The notes beneath the pieces are model-generated. The model was given only the letters and a program-made list of their open reading frames with translations, ran no database searches and was not told the origin of the DNA. DNA of 64,000 bases from a bacterium (GTDB lineage Bacteria; Zixibacteria; MSB-5A5; GN15; FEB-12): NCBI GenBank assembly GCA_043811375.1, contig JBDRNJ010000083.1:1-64000 (forward strand), read 5' to 3'. Numbering within the stretch: position 1 is the stretch's first letter; every line of letters starts with the position of its first letter. Positions 10,354 through 19,412 of the stretch are shown one piece after another. A program made the position numbers and the translations under genes.

Positions 10354-11436
10354 TTACAGCCAGTTCCTGCGACGGAAAAACCAGACCAATCCGCCCGCCA
10401 CCATTACCACCGCACCCCAGAACATTGGGTAACCAAATCGGAAGCCTAACTCAGGTAAGTTAAACGGGCTTGCACCGGTATCGAAGTTCATACCGTACAC
10501 GCCAGCCAGGAATCCCAGCGGGATGAATATTGTAGCGATGATGGTCAAAACTTTCATCACTTCGTTCATATGATTACTGACACCCGTATGATATAGATCC
10601 AGCAAGCCCGACATCATGTCGCGGAACGTTTCGACTGTGTCGATTACCTGGATCGTGTGTTCATACAGGTCTCTGATGTACGGCTCAGTAGAATCCTTGA
10701 TCAATTTGGACTCGGTCCGCTCCAGTCCTCCAATGACTTCACGGAGCGGCCAGACCGCTTTACGCATGAAAATCAGCTGCTTTTTGAGCTCCCGAATGGT
10801 CGCAAGGCTTTCCTGTTTGGGGCTGTCGGCAATCTCGTCCTCAAGTGCCTCTATCCGCTCTCCAACGTCCTCCAGCATCAGGAAGTAGTGGTCAACCGCG
10901 GCGTCGATCAGCGTATAAGCGAGGTAATCAGCCGTCATGAAGCGAACGCGCGGCATGGTGCGTCTGATTCTTTGCCTGACGAGCTCAAAAACGTCCTGTG
11001 GCTTTTCCTGAAATGTAATGACCCAGTTCTTGCCGAAGAGAATACTGACCTGCTCGGCCGCAAGCTCGCCATCCTTATCAGCCTTATAGAGCATCTTGAG
11101 GACAACAAAGATATACTCACCGGTATCTTCCATCTTTGGGCGTTGGCCGGTATTGACAATATCCTCAAGGACAAGGGGATGCATGTCGAAGTGCTTACCG
11201 ATCCTTTCAACAATGTCGGTTTCATGGATTCCGGTAATGTTTATCCAGCTCATTGTGGGGCTTTCTTTGAACGGGAAGCACTCCTCTATGTTGTCGACGT
11301 GTTTTTCCTTAAGATCAGATTCAGTGTAGTCAATAACGTCAATGGCAACTTTTTCGACACGCTTTTCTCCGACATAGACGACGCTTCCTGGTTTAAGCCC
11401 AAGTTTCTTTTTGGCCTTTTTGATATACAATGTCAT
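10354..11436 (-). CDS. corA: Mg2+/Co2+ transporter CorA
   Basis: HPLVLEDI..TGQRPK, NEVMKVLT, GVYGMNF signature. Confidence 0.96.
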   Translation of the reverse strand: MTLYIKKAKKKLGLKPGSVVYVGEKRVEKVAIDVIDYTESDLKEKHVDNIEECFPFKESPTMSWINITGIHETDIVERIGKHFDMHPLVLEDIVNTGQRPKMEDTGEYIFVVLKMLYKADKDGELAAEQVSILFGKNWVITFQEKPQDVFELVRQRIRRTMPRVRFMTADYLAYTLIDAAVDHYFLMLEDVGERIEALEDEIADSPKQESLATIRELKKQLIFMRKAVWPLREVIGGLERTESKLIKDSTEPYIRDLYEHTIQVIDTVETFRDMMSGLLDLYHTGVSNHMNEVMKVLTIIATIFIPLGFLAGVYGMNFDTGASPFNLPELGFRFGYPMFWGAVVMVAGGLVWFFRRRNWL

Positions 11437-11530
11437 GCGCTATCCACCTAACTTCTTGGAGTTACTTCAGTGTCAAGCCTGCCCAATCTCCGGGACAACC
11501 TGCATATAAAGTTTCAAGCCAATGGCGCCA

Positions 11531-12046
11531 TTAGCGACCAGCTTTTTGCCCCTTACTGCCTCCCCCAAAAAGAACACCGACCATGATCTTGAGATCGGGA
11601 ACATCCCCTATGCCAAACCTGACCTCTGCATTGTAAGCGTGCTTACTGCCCAGTGGAAAACGAAAGCCCGGTGCAATTGACAATCCGATTTCTGTGTCTC
11701 CAACTCCCTCCTTAGGATCAAAGACTGCGATTGTGGGCCCGATACCACAGTAGAAAGCAGTTGCAGTACCCGGGGGAGTGAGAAACAAGCGTGCATCGAG
11801 ATTGAAAGCAAGTACGGTGACATCATCGCCGAGTCCGATATCTACGCTGGGCGCAATTCGGGCAATTTTCACAGTACGACCGAGAACCGCCTGGACTCCA
11901 ATTACAAATTGGTCCGGTTTGATGCCGAAACCAGCTCGTGCACCAACGCTTTTTCCGGAGGACGAGGAGCCAGCTGAACTGGCAGTGGGCACCCCGATTA
12001 AAGCAAGACTTGCGGAAATCATTAGCCCCAAACGAATAATATGCAT
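11531..12046 (-). CDS. Small outer-membrane beta-barrel protein
   Basis: Start moved to ATG 12046 (RBS AAGGA). Signal peptide followed by alternating amphipathic beta strands. Confidence 0.6.
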   Translation of the reverse strand: MHIIRLGLMISASLALIGVPTASSAGSSSSGKSVGARAGFGIKPDQFVIGVQAVLGRTVKIARIAPSVDIGLGDDVTVLAFNLDARLFLTPPGTATAFYCGIGPTIAVFDPKEGVGDTEIGLSIAPGFRFPLGSKHAYNAEVRFGIGDVPDLKIMVGVLFGGGSKGQKAGR

Positions 12047-12172
12047 GTCATTTCCTTTCCAAAGTGGTTTTGAAATCGAAGCACGTTTCAGCATATCACC
12101 TTTTCTGTCGATAACAAACAGCGATCTGCTCTAATATGTCGATTACCTATCCGACACGAGTAACGCAGGGTG

Positions 12173-13201
12173 CTACCGCTCTGACTCGTTATCATGGTGC
12201 CTGACTATTCCTCTTAGCAGACGACCCAGAATATCTGCACCCGTAATGACGCGTTTTTTTTCACCCCAGACAAGTATTATGTCCTTATCGATGACATCAT
12301 CCTCTGTATTCTGAGCTTCCACCTTAAGCTTAGGAATAATCTCTCCCAGCGGCGTATTCTCATCATAGACTACAATTGGGCGATGGCAATAGATGAAAGG
12401 GTAACAGGGGCCTGACTGGAAAAGTGCTGCCCTAAGGAAACCGTCAGCATCGAGGACAAGTTGAGGTCTGTCGAAACTATCAACTATGACCACCCATTTT
12501 TTGCGCGATTTCTGTATGCTCTGAAGAAAAGGGTCAGTTGGCGATCGTGTTATTTGGGGGAATTTAGGCAGACCTCTTTCCAGAGGCAGAGAGATTGTAC
12601 TGTTAGGCTCAATTGGTTCCCCCTCGTGCGAAACTACCAAGTCGTCAAGCGCCAGAAAATTCAGCGCCCCAAGACCCTCCAAGCGATCAATGTCCACCTC
12701 GTCGGCTTCGATGTGCTGCTTAATCACCTCACGAAATTGATGTTCGCGGAAGAACTGAATCCCTTCTCTGCCAAGCCACTTGTCCAGAAGCATCGCGGTT
12801 GGTCTGGCCACTGGGTAAAGAACAAACTGGTAGAATCGCAATGCTGGCGACAGCAGTGAGGCCATGCGAAGCGCGTGGCGGGAGAAATAGGCTTGGGGTA
12901 CGATTTCACCGATCAATGTGATTATGAATGTGGAGAAGACAAAGGCATACACTCCTGCAAGCACTGAGTTGGCCAGGATGGCAAGCAATGTGTTGAATGC
13001 GACATTCCCCCACAGGATTGTTGTCAGCAGGAAGTGCGAGTCCCGGCGCAATCGCTGGACTTTTTCGGCGACTTTGTTACCGACGGCAACTTCTACCTCC
13101 AATCGAAGCCTGGTGACGCCGAATAGGGCAAGATTCAAACCGGAAAACATAGCAGAGTGGACTACACAAATACAGATTCCTATCCAAGTGAGTGTAGTCA
13201 T
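12173..13201 (-). CDS. CNNM/DUF21-domain membrane protein (metal-transport associated)
   Basis: SAMFSGLNLA, LLTTILWGNV, GEIVPQAY; degenerate CBS-like C-terminus; start ATG 13201 with GGAGG. Confidence 0.88.
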   Translation of the reverse strand: MTTLTWIGICICVVHSAMFSGLNLALFGVTRLRLEVEVAVGNKVAEKVQRLRRDSHFLLTTILWGNVAFNTLLAILANSVLAGVYAFVFSTFIITLIGEIVPQAYFSRHALRMASLLSPALRFYQFVLYPVARPTAMLLDKWLGREGIQFFREHQFREVIKQHIEADEVDIDRLEGLGALNFLALDDLVVSHEGEPIEPNSTISLPLERGLPKFPQITRSPTDPFLQSIQKSRKKWVVIVDSFDRPQLVLDADGFLRAALFQSGPCYPFIYCHRPIVVYDENTPLGEIIPKLKVEAQNTEDDVIDKDIILVWGEKKRVITGADILGRLLRGIVRHHDNESER

Positions 13202-13202
13202 C

Positions 13203-14270
13203 TCATTTCCCCTCCTGTTCACGTTTAGCGATGTTGTTGGTCAGACGCTCCAAACGAACTTTCGTCCACTCGATTTTATCCTCAATCGAGTTCCGCGAGG
13301 TATCATCAGGTGCCTTAGCCAGAGCAGATTTCAACTCGTTAAGCTCCTTGTGTAGCTCCTCCTGCTGTTCCCGCAGTTTCTCCAACGACTCAGCCTCGTC
13401 GGCCTTGTCGAAAACTACAGCTTCCGGCGGTGGTTTCATAGGTTCCACGGCTGCCTTTTTTGGTGCTGGCTTGGCAATAAACCGCACATCCTTGTCCAAG
13501 ACGCGCTGGTACATGAAGTTAGGTGAAACTATTTCTATCCCTGCCGCATGCAGGCGATCTAACATCATCTCATGCAGTCTTGAACGTGTGGATAACAGAC
13601 TTCTCACCTCAGTCAACAGTCCAGCTATACGGTAGGTAACTGAAAAATCGCCCAATTCCATGACATAAACAAACGGTTCCTCGAGTTCTGCATCAGTCGC
13701 GGCCTCGAGAAGCACGCGTTCCACTACAACACGAGACACATCGTACCCTAGCGACACATCTGCCCTTACCAGGGTGCCAGATGATCGAATTACCTTCACC
13801 GGGTTAGTTACGAGATATTGGTTGGGCAGCGTTGTAAGATCCCGATCCTCGGTTTGAATTTCAATGTGGAAGAGGCCTCTTTCAGAAACGCGTCCGAAGT
13901 GATCGCCTACTCGCACGAAGTCTCCCGGACGGAAATTCTTGACTGCCCGTAACATGAGGCCAGCCATGATATTGCCTACGAAAGTCATAGCGGAAAGAGC
14001 AATCACGGCGCTAAGAAGTATTCCCAACAGGCCAATCAGTTGTCCAATCATCGTTTCGGATAAGGGAAGAGTAAGAATCACTGCCAGCAACCCAACAAAT
14101 GAGAGTATCAGGATGACGAGCTGGAGTCGAAACTGATGACCGGATACGCCGGCATAGCGTTTATTAAGGGTGAATTTGACCGCCCAGACCACGAATACTA
14201 CAATTATTAATGCAACTCCCGTTGGGACGAGGTCTGTTACCTTTGAGAGCAACGGATAGAGAACCTCCAT
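13203..14270 (-). CDS. MscS-family channel with C-terminal coiled coil
   Basis: GNIMAGLML...FRPGDF; VSLGYDV; GIEIVSP; heptad tail. Confidence 0.88.
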   Translation of the reverse strand: MEVLYPLLSKVTDLVPTGVALIIVVFVVWAVKFTLNKRYAGVSGHQFRLQLVILILSFVGLLAVILTLPLSETMIGQLIGLLGILLSAVIALSAMTFVGNIMAGLMLRAVKNFRPGDFVRVGDHFGRVSERGLFHIEIQTEDRDLTTLPNQYLVTNPVKVIRSSGTLVRADVSLGYDVSRVVVERVLLEAATDAELEEPFVYVMELGDFSVTYRIAGLLTEVRSLLSTRSRLHEMMLDRLHAAGIEIVSPNFMYQRVLDKDVRFIAKPAPKKAAVEPMKPPPEAVVFDKADEAESLEKLREQQEELHKELNELKSALAKAPDDTSRNSIEDKIEWTKVRLERLTNNIAKREQEGK

Positions 14271-14518
14271 GGCGTAGACTCCTCTCTAAAATGGCGACAA
14301 CCCTAATAATTAACTAGAACAGCACAATGAGTCAGGACGGACAGGGGCCGGTGAACTTCTCAGAATTCGATAAGCTTTGGCACCCAAGACGGGCGATTTC
14401 ACCTTGCCGCAAGTGCTTCAGCGGCTTAAATTGATATTGTGTGTCCGACCTAACTCATGCCCACGGCACACATTATAAAATTTAGATAATACTATATGAA
14501 ATATCAAGGAGGAAGACA

Positions 14519-15391
14519 ATGGACATTTTGCTTGAAAGTCTGACCGAAGAATGGCAAAGCCTGGTGCGCCTATCGCCAAGACTCCTGATGGCGCTTCTTG
14601 TGTTTGTAGTCTCGATATTTGTGGGGCGCTTGATCGGCAGAGGGGTTGTGGGACTCCTGTCTCGCGGTAATTTCGGACCAACACATCGTAGTTTTTTCAA
14701 GGGATTGACAACATGGGTCGTTGCTATTATTGGACTCATTATTGGACTCAACGTTCTCGGCCTGAAGGGTCTTGCGACCAGTCTTGTAGCCGGTGGTGGT
14801 ATAACCGCTGTAGTCCTGGGTTTTGCATTTCGCGAGATCGGTGAGAATCTGTTGGCCGGCTTCTTTCTGGCCTTTAGTCGGCCATTTGAAATCGGCGACT
14901 TGATCCAGTCGGGTGAATTCCAGGGGATCGTCACAAGCATCGAACTTCGGTCAACTCATATTCGCACCGCCGATGGACGTGACATCTACATTCCTAGTTC
15001 AGAGATCTTCAACAAGGCGGTGACTAACTTCACTGAAGACGGTCTGCGCCGCCTGTCGTTTACGGTTGGCGTCGATTACGCCGACGACACAGAGAAGGCC
15101 AGGCAGTTACTTAGCGAAACAACGATGGGCGTAAGTTACGTTCTCGATGATCCCAGGCCAGGCGCGATCTTTTCAGGTCTGCTTGCCCAGTATGTAGAAT
15201 TGGAAGTATTCTTCTGGGTTGATACATTTGAAGAAGGAGTGAACTTGGGCGCTGTGCGCAACGAAGTAATAGAACGCTGTCGGCGGGCGCTGATGTCAGG
15301 CCGTTTCACCGTAAGCGCGAATGTGACCAATAACGTAGCCCTTGGAAGCTACCAGTCAATCGCAGTACGAGTGAATCAGGAAGTTGCTTAA
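14519..15391 (+). CDS. MscS-family mechanosensitive channel
   Basis: LGFAFREIGENLLAG...RPFEIGD; VGVDY; strong AGGAGG RBS. Confidence 0.92.
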   Translation: MDILLESLTEEWQSLVRLSPRLLMALLVFVVSIFVGRLIGRGVVGLLSRGNFGPTHRSFFKGLTTWVVAIIGLIIGLNVLGLKGLATSLVAGGGITAVVLGFAFREIGENLLAGFFLAFSRPFEIGDLIQSGEFQGIVTSIELRSTHIRTADGRDIYIPSSEIFNKAVTNFTEDGLRRLSFTVGVDYADDTEKARQLLSETTMGVSYVLDDPRPGAIFSGLLAQYVELEVFFWVDTFEEGVNLGAVRNEVIERCRRALMSGRFTVSANVTNNVALGSYQSIAVRVNQEVA

Positions 15392-15758
15392 CACCGGCCT
15401 GTAAATGCCGGCAATTCGTGGTTCTATTTGCGGGGTCACATTGCCCCAATCGTAACCAAAGCGACAGTGCCATATTCGGAGCAAAAACGGGATATACACT
15501 TACATATAGTTTTGTGAAGTGTATCGAATCCCATGCTCGCGGTGCTGCACAAGGACTTACACCTTATTGTGACCGAATTGTGACCTTTTTTTCTGTCCCT
15601 ATTATTGCGCCAACGTTTTGTTTCACCTGAAGTTTTTTGAGAATGAGATTGCCATCTTTCTGTACAATATTCATTGCGGCTTTGATGTTCTGGTGGCAGC
15701 GTTCATCAGCTGATTATCGGCTGCAGAAGCGGTTTTCCTTTGGAGACTAGATAAGTAC

Positions 15759-17654
15759 ATGGACGGATTAAAGAACGCCAAAGTCTCAACCGATCGGCTC
15801 TCCCTCACAGGCCTATCATTGGCTGCGCTCGGCGTTGTCTTCGGCGACATAGGAACAAGCCCACTCTATGCCATTCGGGAGTGCTTTTATGGCGAGTATG
15901 GAATTGCAGCCACCAAGGATAACATACTTGGTGTACTCTCACTCATGTTCTGGGCGTTGACGCTAATTGTTTCCATCAAGTACCTTTCATTCATTTTTCG
16001 TGCTGATAACAGAGGTGAAGGAGGGGTGATAGCTCTGACCGCCCTCATCAAGGGCATAACAGCATCACCTTCTCGAAGGCGTCTAGTTCTTATCAGCGCA
16101 GGTATATTTGCCGCTTGTCTGCTTTACGGTGATGGCATGATCACTCCAGCCATATCGGTCTTGAGTGCGGCAGAAGGGCTGAGGATCATTGCTCCTGAAC
16201 TTCAGAAGTATGTTATTCCGCTAACGCTGGTTATTCTCGCAGCATTGTTTATGCTGCAGCATCGAGGGACTGCGAGAATCGGAGTCCTGTTCGGACCTGT
16301 TATTCTGGTTTGGTTTGTCGCTCTTGCAGTCCTTGGACTATGGCAGATCATCCATTATCCCGGCATACTTGCGGCTCTCCTTCCGACATATGGAATTAGG
16401 TTTCTCGTAGAGTCAGGCATTCATGGATTCACCGTACTGGGCGCTGTGTTTCTGGTCGTGACCGGCGCGGAAGCACTTTATGCCGACCTCGGCCATTTCG
16501 GCCGCAGGCCGATTCGATTGGTCTGGTTCTATCTCGTGCTGCCCGCCTTGCTACTCAATTACTTTGGCCAGGGAGCCTTGCTTTTGTCGCATCCATCAGA
16601 GGCCCATCATCCTTTCTATGCAACGGTACCGACTTGGGCGGTAGTACCGATGGTCATTCTCGCTACCTGTGCAACAATTATCGCATCGCAGGCTGTCATT
16701 ACGGGCGTGTTTTCACTCACACGACAGGCAATCCAGATGGGGTACTTGCCTCGACTGAAAGTTGTGCACACCTCTTCGAGGCATTTCGGCCAGATATATG
16801 TTCCCCAGGTAAACTGGCTGCTGATGATTGCAACCCTGGGATTAGTTTTGGGATTTCAGTCGTCCAGCAAGTTGGCGGCTGCATATGGAGTGGCTGTTAC
16901 ATCAACGATGCTCATCTCGACTGTGCTGTTTTATGTCGTCGCCCGAGCGAAATGGAACTGGAGCAGACTTTCAGCAAGTATTCCGGTCGCCCTGTTTCTC
17001 GTCACCGATTTTTGCTTCTTTTCTGCCAACCTAAGCAAGATCCTGCACGGCGCCTGGTTTCCACTGGTTCTGGGTGGGGTAGTTATGCTCGTCATGGCTA
17101 CCTGGAAACGTGGTCGTGAAATCCTCGCCGAAGAGTTGCGAAACCTAACGGTACCTTTTGTCGATTTGAAGAAGAAGATAACAGAGGAAAAGGTCTCACG
17201 GGTAAAGGGGTATGCCGTCTTTCTGACCGGTCAACCTCGTACTTTGCCCATTGCCCTGATTCACAACCTTGAGCACAACAAGATCGTACATTCGAATGTG
17301 CTGCTCCTCAACTTCTCCTTTCTCGAAGTACCGCGGGTACCCAATAAGGATAAGCTGCACATTGAAGATCTTGGCTCCGGGTTTCATCAGGTCACAGCTT
17401 CTTACGGCTTCATGGAATCCCCCAGCGTACCCAGGGTACTTGCACTAGCTGTCGGGCAGGGGTTAGAAGTGCCTATTGATCAGACAAGTTACTTTCTTGG
17501 CAGGGAGAAACTCGTCGTAAATGCCAACAGAAAGATGAGCCGATGGCGTGCGCATCTCTTTGCGTTTCTGTCACGAAACGCGTATGACGCATCAACATTC
17601 TTCGAGATTCCTGAAGATCGGGTTATCGAGGTGGGGATACGTCTAACAGTTTAG
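15759..17654 (+). CDS. kup: KUP/HAK/KT potassium transporter
   Basis: GVVFGDIGTSPLYA, ADNRGEGG, GDGMITPAISVLSA, GAEALYADLGHFG, GQIYVP. Confidence 0.97.
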   Translation: MDGLKNAKVSTDRLSLTGLSLAALGVVFGDIGTSPLYAIRECFYGEYGIAATKDNILGVLSLMFWALTLIVSIKYLSFIFRADNRGEGGVIALTALIKGITASPSRRRLVLISAGIFAACLLYGDGMITPAISVLSAAEGLRIIAPELQKYVIPLTLVILAALFMLQHRGTARIGVLFGPVILVWFVALAVLGLWQIIHYPGILAALLPTYGIRFLVESGIHGFTVLGAVFLVVTGAEALYADLGHFGRRPIRLVWFYLVLPALLLNYFGQGALLLSHPSEAHHPFYATVPTWAVVPMVILATCATIIASQAVITGVFSLTRQAIQMGYLPRLKVVHTSSRHFGQIYVPQVNWLLMIATLGLVLGFQSSSKLAAAYGVAVTSTMLISTVLFYVVARAKWNWSRLSASIPVALFLVTDFCFFSANLSKILHGAWFPLVLGGVVMLVMATWKRGREILAEELRNLTVPFVDLKKKITEEKVSRVKGYAVFLTGQPRTLPIALIHNLEHNKIVHSNVLLLNFSFLEVPRVPNKDKLHIEDLGSGFHQVTASYGFMESPSVPRVLALAVGQGLEVPIDQTSYFLGREKLVVNANRKMSRWRAHLFAFLSRNAYDASTFFEIPEDRVIEVGIRLTV

Positions 17655-17849
17655 GTCTCTCAACCAGTACTGGTTTGGAAGCAAATTCTTTGGATACAGT
17701 TCGTCACAATGTCTTCGTTTTGATGCTGAACATGCAAAGGTCCTGTGGCCAAATCCTGACCAAACCCGAACCGGTTGTACGTTATTCAGAGTTAATGAGG
17801 TGTACGTCTTCAAACAATTCGGACAAGTGGAGTTGAAATCTCTTTTCTC

Positions 17850-17878
17850 TTGACAACTGCTCAATTGTGCAGTATCCT
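17850..17878 (+). promoter_or_regulatory. Near-consensus sigma70 promoter with no downstream + strand ORF (faces xis head-on)
   Basis: TTGACA-N17-TATCCT. Confidence 0.6.
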
Positions 17879-18012
17879 GTAAAGCCGGGCGGAGGGAGGG
17901 TAAAGTAAGTTAATACTGTGGGCCAGTGGTCTTCTGGTCACTACCCGTGATGCCGGGCTTACTCCATCGTTGTTCATGTTTGATGAGGGGTTCCATTCTG
18001 ACTCTCCCACAA

Positions 18013-18225
18013 TCAGACGCCCTTGGTATCGACATCGATCCGTCTTCTTAATCTGCCTGGTGTCAGTTTTTTCTCGATCCATTGGCTGACCTCGCCTTCG
18101 CGGAATCTGACCAACCGCCCCAACTTGACGTGCGGGATAAAACCCTCGTGAGTCCACTGGTAGACAGTTGAGGGCTGAATGCCCAGCAGGTCGGCGATCT
18201 CCTGAACTGTTAGCAACCGATCCAT
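18013..18225 (-). CDS. Excisionase-like helix-turn-helix protein (HTH_17)
   Basis: LLTVQEIADLLGIQPSTVYQW..G.IPHVKLGRLVRF. Confidence 0.88.
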   Translation of the reverse strand: MDRLLTVQEIADLLGIQPSTVYQWTHEGFIPHVKLGRLVRFREGEVSQWIEKKLTPGRLRRRIDVDTKGV

Positions 18226-18286
18226 CGGTCAGCAATCCGTTTCCGCAATATCAAGCATCATGAGAACTCCGGGCTTTCCTTCCAGA

Positions 18287-18322
18287 GCGTACATACGGGA
18301 TTGTCCGCCAATCTGTCGGAGG
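18287..18322 (-). promoter_or_regulatory. Putative element-sigma promoter upstream of xis
   Basis: Minus strand CCTCCGACA-N15-CCGTATGTACGC; both boxes identical to 19037-19072. Confidence 0.7.
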
Positions 18323-18330
18323 GCCTCGCC

Positions 18331-18369
18331 TCACGGACCTCCGCGATACCTCCGTGATCCCTCCGTGAT
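18331..18369. repeat. Three 11-bp-period direct repeats CCTCCGYGAT plus one inverted partial copy
   Basis: Copies at 18338-47, 18349-58, 18360-69; TCACGGA at 18331-37. Confidence 0.75.
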
Positions 18370-18449
18370 TTACCAAAGTGCAGCGATCCTGCATCATTCA
18401 TTGAAGGCTCTTTTGAGCCGCCTCGAAAAAATTAAGCCGAGGTGGCTCA

Positions 18450-19034
18450 ATGAGTTCCGGATACGACAAGCTCTTTCAGAGTTGGGAGATCGCCGTTGCC
18501 AAGAGGCTGGTACATGAGTTCCAGAATGCGTGGACATGTCTTGGCCGGGAGGATTTCGATGATCTGCTACAAGAATGCCTGATCCACTGGTATCAAGCCA
18601 AAGGTGAGTATGATCGATCAAGAGGGGCCTCGCTGCAGACCTTCATGGGTAGGGTCATACGCAACAAGCTCATGGATATCGTTCGGGAATGCGAAGCGGA
18701 CAAGAGGAAGGTAGCCTCACTCACGGTCTCCCTTGATGATCCTGTTAGAGACGGAGAGGATGGCAAAACCTGGCTTGAGCAGCTCGACCACGGCCCCACC
18801 GAAACCGCAGCGCCTGACCCGACTAACAAGGTGCTGCTGAAGGCTGATCTCTCAAAGGCATTCCGGAAACTGACGCCGCAGCAGGAGAGGCTCTGTCGGT
18901 TGATTGGCGACAGCGGGTTAACTGTGACAGAGGCGAGCGAGTGCCTGAAGACCCCACGCAGCACGATCTACGACGAGATAGAGCGTATCAGGACCATCTT
19001 TGAAAAAGAGGGACTCAAGGAATACCTTCAGTAG
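18450..19034 (+). CDS. Sigma-70-family (ECF-like) RNA polymerase sigma factor
   Basis: Region 2 (DFDDLLQE..YDRSRGASLQTF..VIRNKL.D) and region 4 HTH (LTPQQERL...LTVTEASECLKTPRSTIY). Confidence 0.85.
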   Translation: MSSGYDKLFQSWEIAVAKRLVHEFQNAWTCLGREDFDDLLQECLIHWYQAKGEYDRSRGASLQTFMGRVIRNKLMDIVRECEADKRKVASLTVSLDDPVRDGEDGKTWLEQLDHGPTETAAPDPTNKVLLKADLSKAFRKLTPQQERLCRLIGDSGLTVTEASECLKTPRSTIYDEIERIRTIFEKEGLKEYLQ

Positions 19035-19036
19035 CG

Positions 19037-19072
19037 CCTCCGACACATCTTCGAAACGTTCCGTATGTACGC
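19037..19072 (+). promoter_or_regulatory. Putative element-sigma promoter upstream of the replication operon
   Basis: CCTCCGACA-N15-CCGTATGTACGC starting 3 nt after the sigma stop codon. Confidence 0.7.
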
Positions 19073-19115
19073 CATATGAAGACACCGATTTTTACAACTA
19101 TCAGGAGAGTGGAAT

Positions 19116-19412
19116 ATGGCGACCGTATGCCGATTCAGATTCCCGGACGCAATTGACCGGGAAACGATCGAGACCCAGTTGGCTCTGGCTGTCATCGCTG
19201 CGGAGTGCACTTTTGGCCAGCCAAGAGTCAGGATTGCCGCTGCCTACTGTGTTTCTGGAGAGAAACCCCGGGTAGTCATCGACGTCTCCACCGAGGTTGG
19301 AGAACATATCGCTCAGGTCTTCACCGGCTTGATGATCCGCCAGTTGGGCGAGGATCAGTTCATAGTCGACAGGATAGACGGCAAGGTGGGACAGGAATCC
19401 GGAAATGAGTAG
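19116..19412 (+). CDS. Hypothetical protein of the element, coupled to the primase
   Basis: RBS upstream; stop overlaps the primase start; globular composition. Confidence 0.7.
   Translation: MATVCRFRFPDAIDRETIETQLALAVIAAECTFGQPRVRIAAAYCVSGEKPRVVIDVSTEVGEHIAQVFTGLMIRQLGEDQFIVDRIDGKVGQESGNE

Noticed and set aside
10657..11451. 264-aa + strand ORF
   Set aside because: Antisense shadow of corA
14340..14400. Na+ riboswitch-like GGGTGCCAAAGCTT on the minus strand
   Set aside because: Only loose similarity, with no matching 3' pairing segment
15392..15758. c-di-AMP (ydaO) riboswitch expected upstream of kup
   Set aside because: Conserved GCTGAATC...CCGTCAGCTAAC elements not seen
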